64,000 nucleotides of DNA from Haliotis cracherodii. Taxonomy: Eukaryota. Made by a program: the position numbers and the translations under genes. Below are positions 62,480-64,000 of the stretch, piece by piece (positions within the stretch are counted from its first letter, which is position 1; each line of letters starts with the position of its first letter). Location: the NCBI RefSeq assembly GCF_022045235.1, contig NW_027266275.1:26040001-26104000 (forward strand). Direction: 5' to 3'. A model generated the notes under the pieces. That model ran no database searches. It was not told the origin of the DNA and was given only the letters and a program-made list of their open reading frames with translations.

Positions 62480-62929
62480 CTGCAAGAAGACTTGTTCCCC
62501 TATCAATGAATGTTATGTGCTAAAATACAACAAACCAATCACAAAGCATGTATGACTTCAAGTGCTTCAGGCCAAGAATCCCTCTGGAATCATTTTTTAT
62601 TGCATACGTCTTGCATAAAAAATATACCCAACATACAGCTAAATGTGTTCAAACATGCTGTATAATACCACAAGTCCTGATGTGTTTTAAATAGTATCTG
62701 GACAAAATATATATGGGGAAAATATACCAGAGTCATTACGCAACGAGTTGACAATTCTTTTAGCTATGCTCGTTTGCACTAGATGGTGCCAAGTTGCAAA
62801 AAATGGCCATGAGAGGGGCATGATTCGCTATTCAGCTTGTCCCAGAATAACACGAGTTGGTCACGAATGTCCAGTGGAGTGACAACCATGCTCACGCTAA
62901 TACCTTAACACTCTGATAGATAACTCAGC

Positions 62930-63915
62930 CTCATAACTTATGTAACGATAGTTCATAAGACTTACGATAGATAAGTAGTGTAATGATTCTGTAGTTCATG
63001 AGATCTACGATAGGCAACTAAAGTACTGATAGTCCATTAGACACACGGTAGATAACTAGTGTAATGGCAAGTTTTTTAGACTTACGATAGATGACTTGTA
63101 CGATAGACAACTAAAGTACTGATCGTCCATTAGACACACTGTAGATAACTAGTGTAATGACAAGTTCTTTAGACTTACGATAGATGACTTGTACGATAGA
63201 CAACGAGAGGACTGATAGTCCATTAGACACACGGCAGATAACTAGTGTAATGACAAGTTCTTTAGACTTATGATAGATGACTTGTAGGATAGACAACGAG
63301 AGGACTGATAGTCCATTAGACACACGGCAGATAACTAGTGTATTTACAAGTTTTTTAGACTTACGATAGATGACTTGTACGATAGACAACTAAAGTACTG
63401 ATAGTCCATTAGAAACACGGCAGATAACTAGTGTAATGACAAGTTCTTTAGACTTACGATAGATGACTTGTACGATAGACAACTAAAGTACTGATAGTCC
63501 ATTAGAAACACGGCAGATAACTAGTGTAATGACAAGTTCTTTAGACTTACGATAGATGACTTGTACGATAGACAACTAAAGTACTGACAGTCCATTAGAC
63601 ACACGGCAGATAACTAGTGTAATGACAAGTTCTTTAGACTTACGATAGATGACTTGTACGATAGACAACGAGAGGACTGATAGTCCATTAGACACACGGC
63701 AGATAACTAGTGTAATGACAAGTTCTTTAGACTTACGATAGATGACTTGTACGATAGACAACGAGAGGACTGATAGTCCATTAGACACACGGCAGATAAC
63801 TAGTGTAATGACAAGTTCTTTAGACTTACGATAGATGACTTGTAGGATAGACGAGAGGACTGATAGTCCATAAGACACACGGTAGATAGACTTAGACTTA
63901 GACTTACGATAGATG
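62930..63915. repeat. Tandem repeat, 93-bp unit
   Basis: CTTACGATAG recurs every 93 bp (63081, 63174 and onward). Confidence 0.95.
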
Positions 63916-64000
63916 TCTGTCTTGCTTATCAAAGACAGTTTGATCAATTCCAGCATATGTAGTATATTTGGACATGATTCTGTAAAGAGCAAATTAACCA

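Overview
This is eukaryotic, repeat-rich DNA, most likely from a gastropod mollusc; the SINE families look like those I associate with abalone (Haliotis), which is an inference. The only clearly intact gene is a Tc1 (DD34E) transposase inside a complete 1.55 kb element with TIRs and a TA target site (20360-21909). Most of the remainder is repeats. There are four SINE families sharing one 3' tail: a RUDI-like family with no Pol III boxes (about 19 copies), a tRNA-Asp-headed family, a tRNA-Leu-like family with widely spaced A/B boxes, and a MetaSINE-like family. There are also several MITEs, a dead mariner, Penelope-like (Naiad-type) and LINE relics, one Penelope-type hammerhead ribozyme, and about 12 tandem repeats, some with higher-order structure. 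Between the repeats I read decayed host exons: a collinear minus-strand set resembling a TNF-receptor/death-receptor pseudogene (35540-42390), weaker possible paralog pieces, two Ig-domain relics, and a probable terminal exon plus 3'UTR of a minus-strand gene (about 60250-62479). The most promising unexplained signal is the structured, covarying 5' head of the RUDI-like SINE, a candidate self-cleaving ribozyme. All translations and alignments were done by eye and no searches were run.
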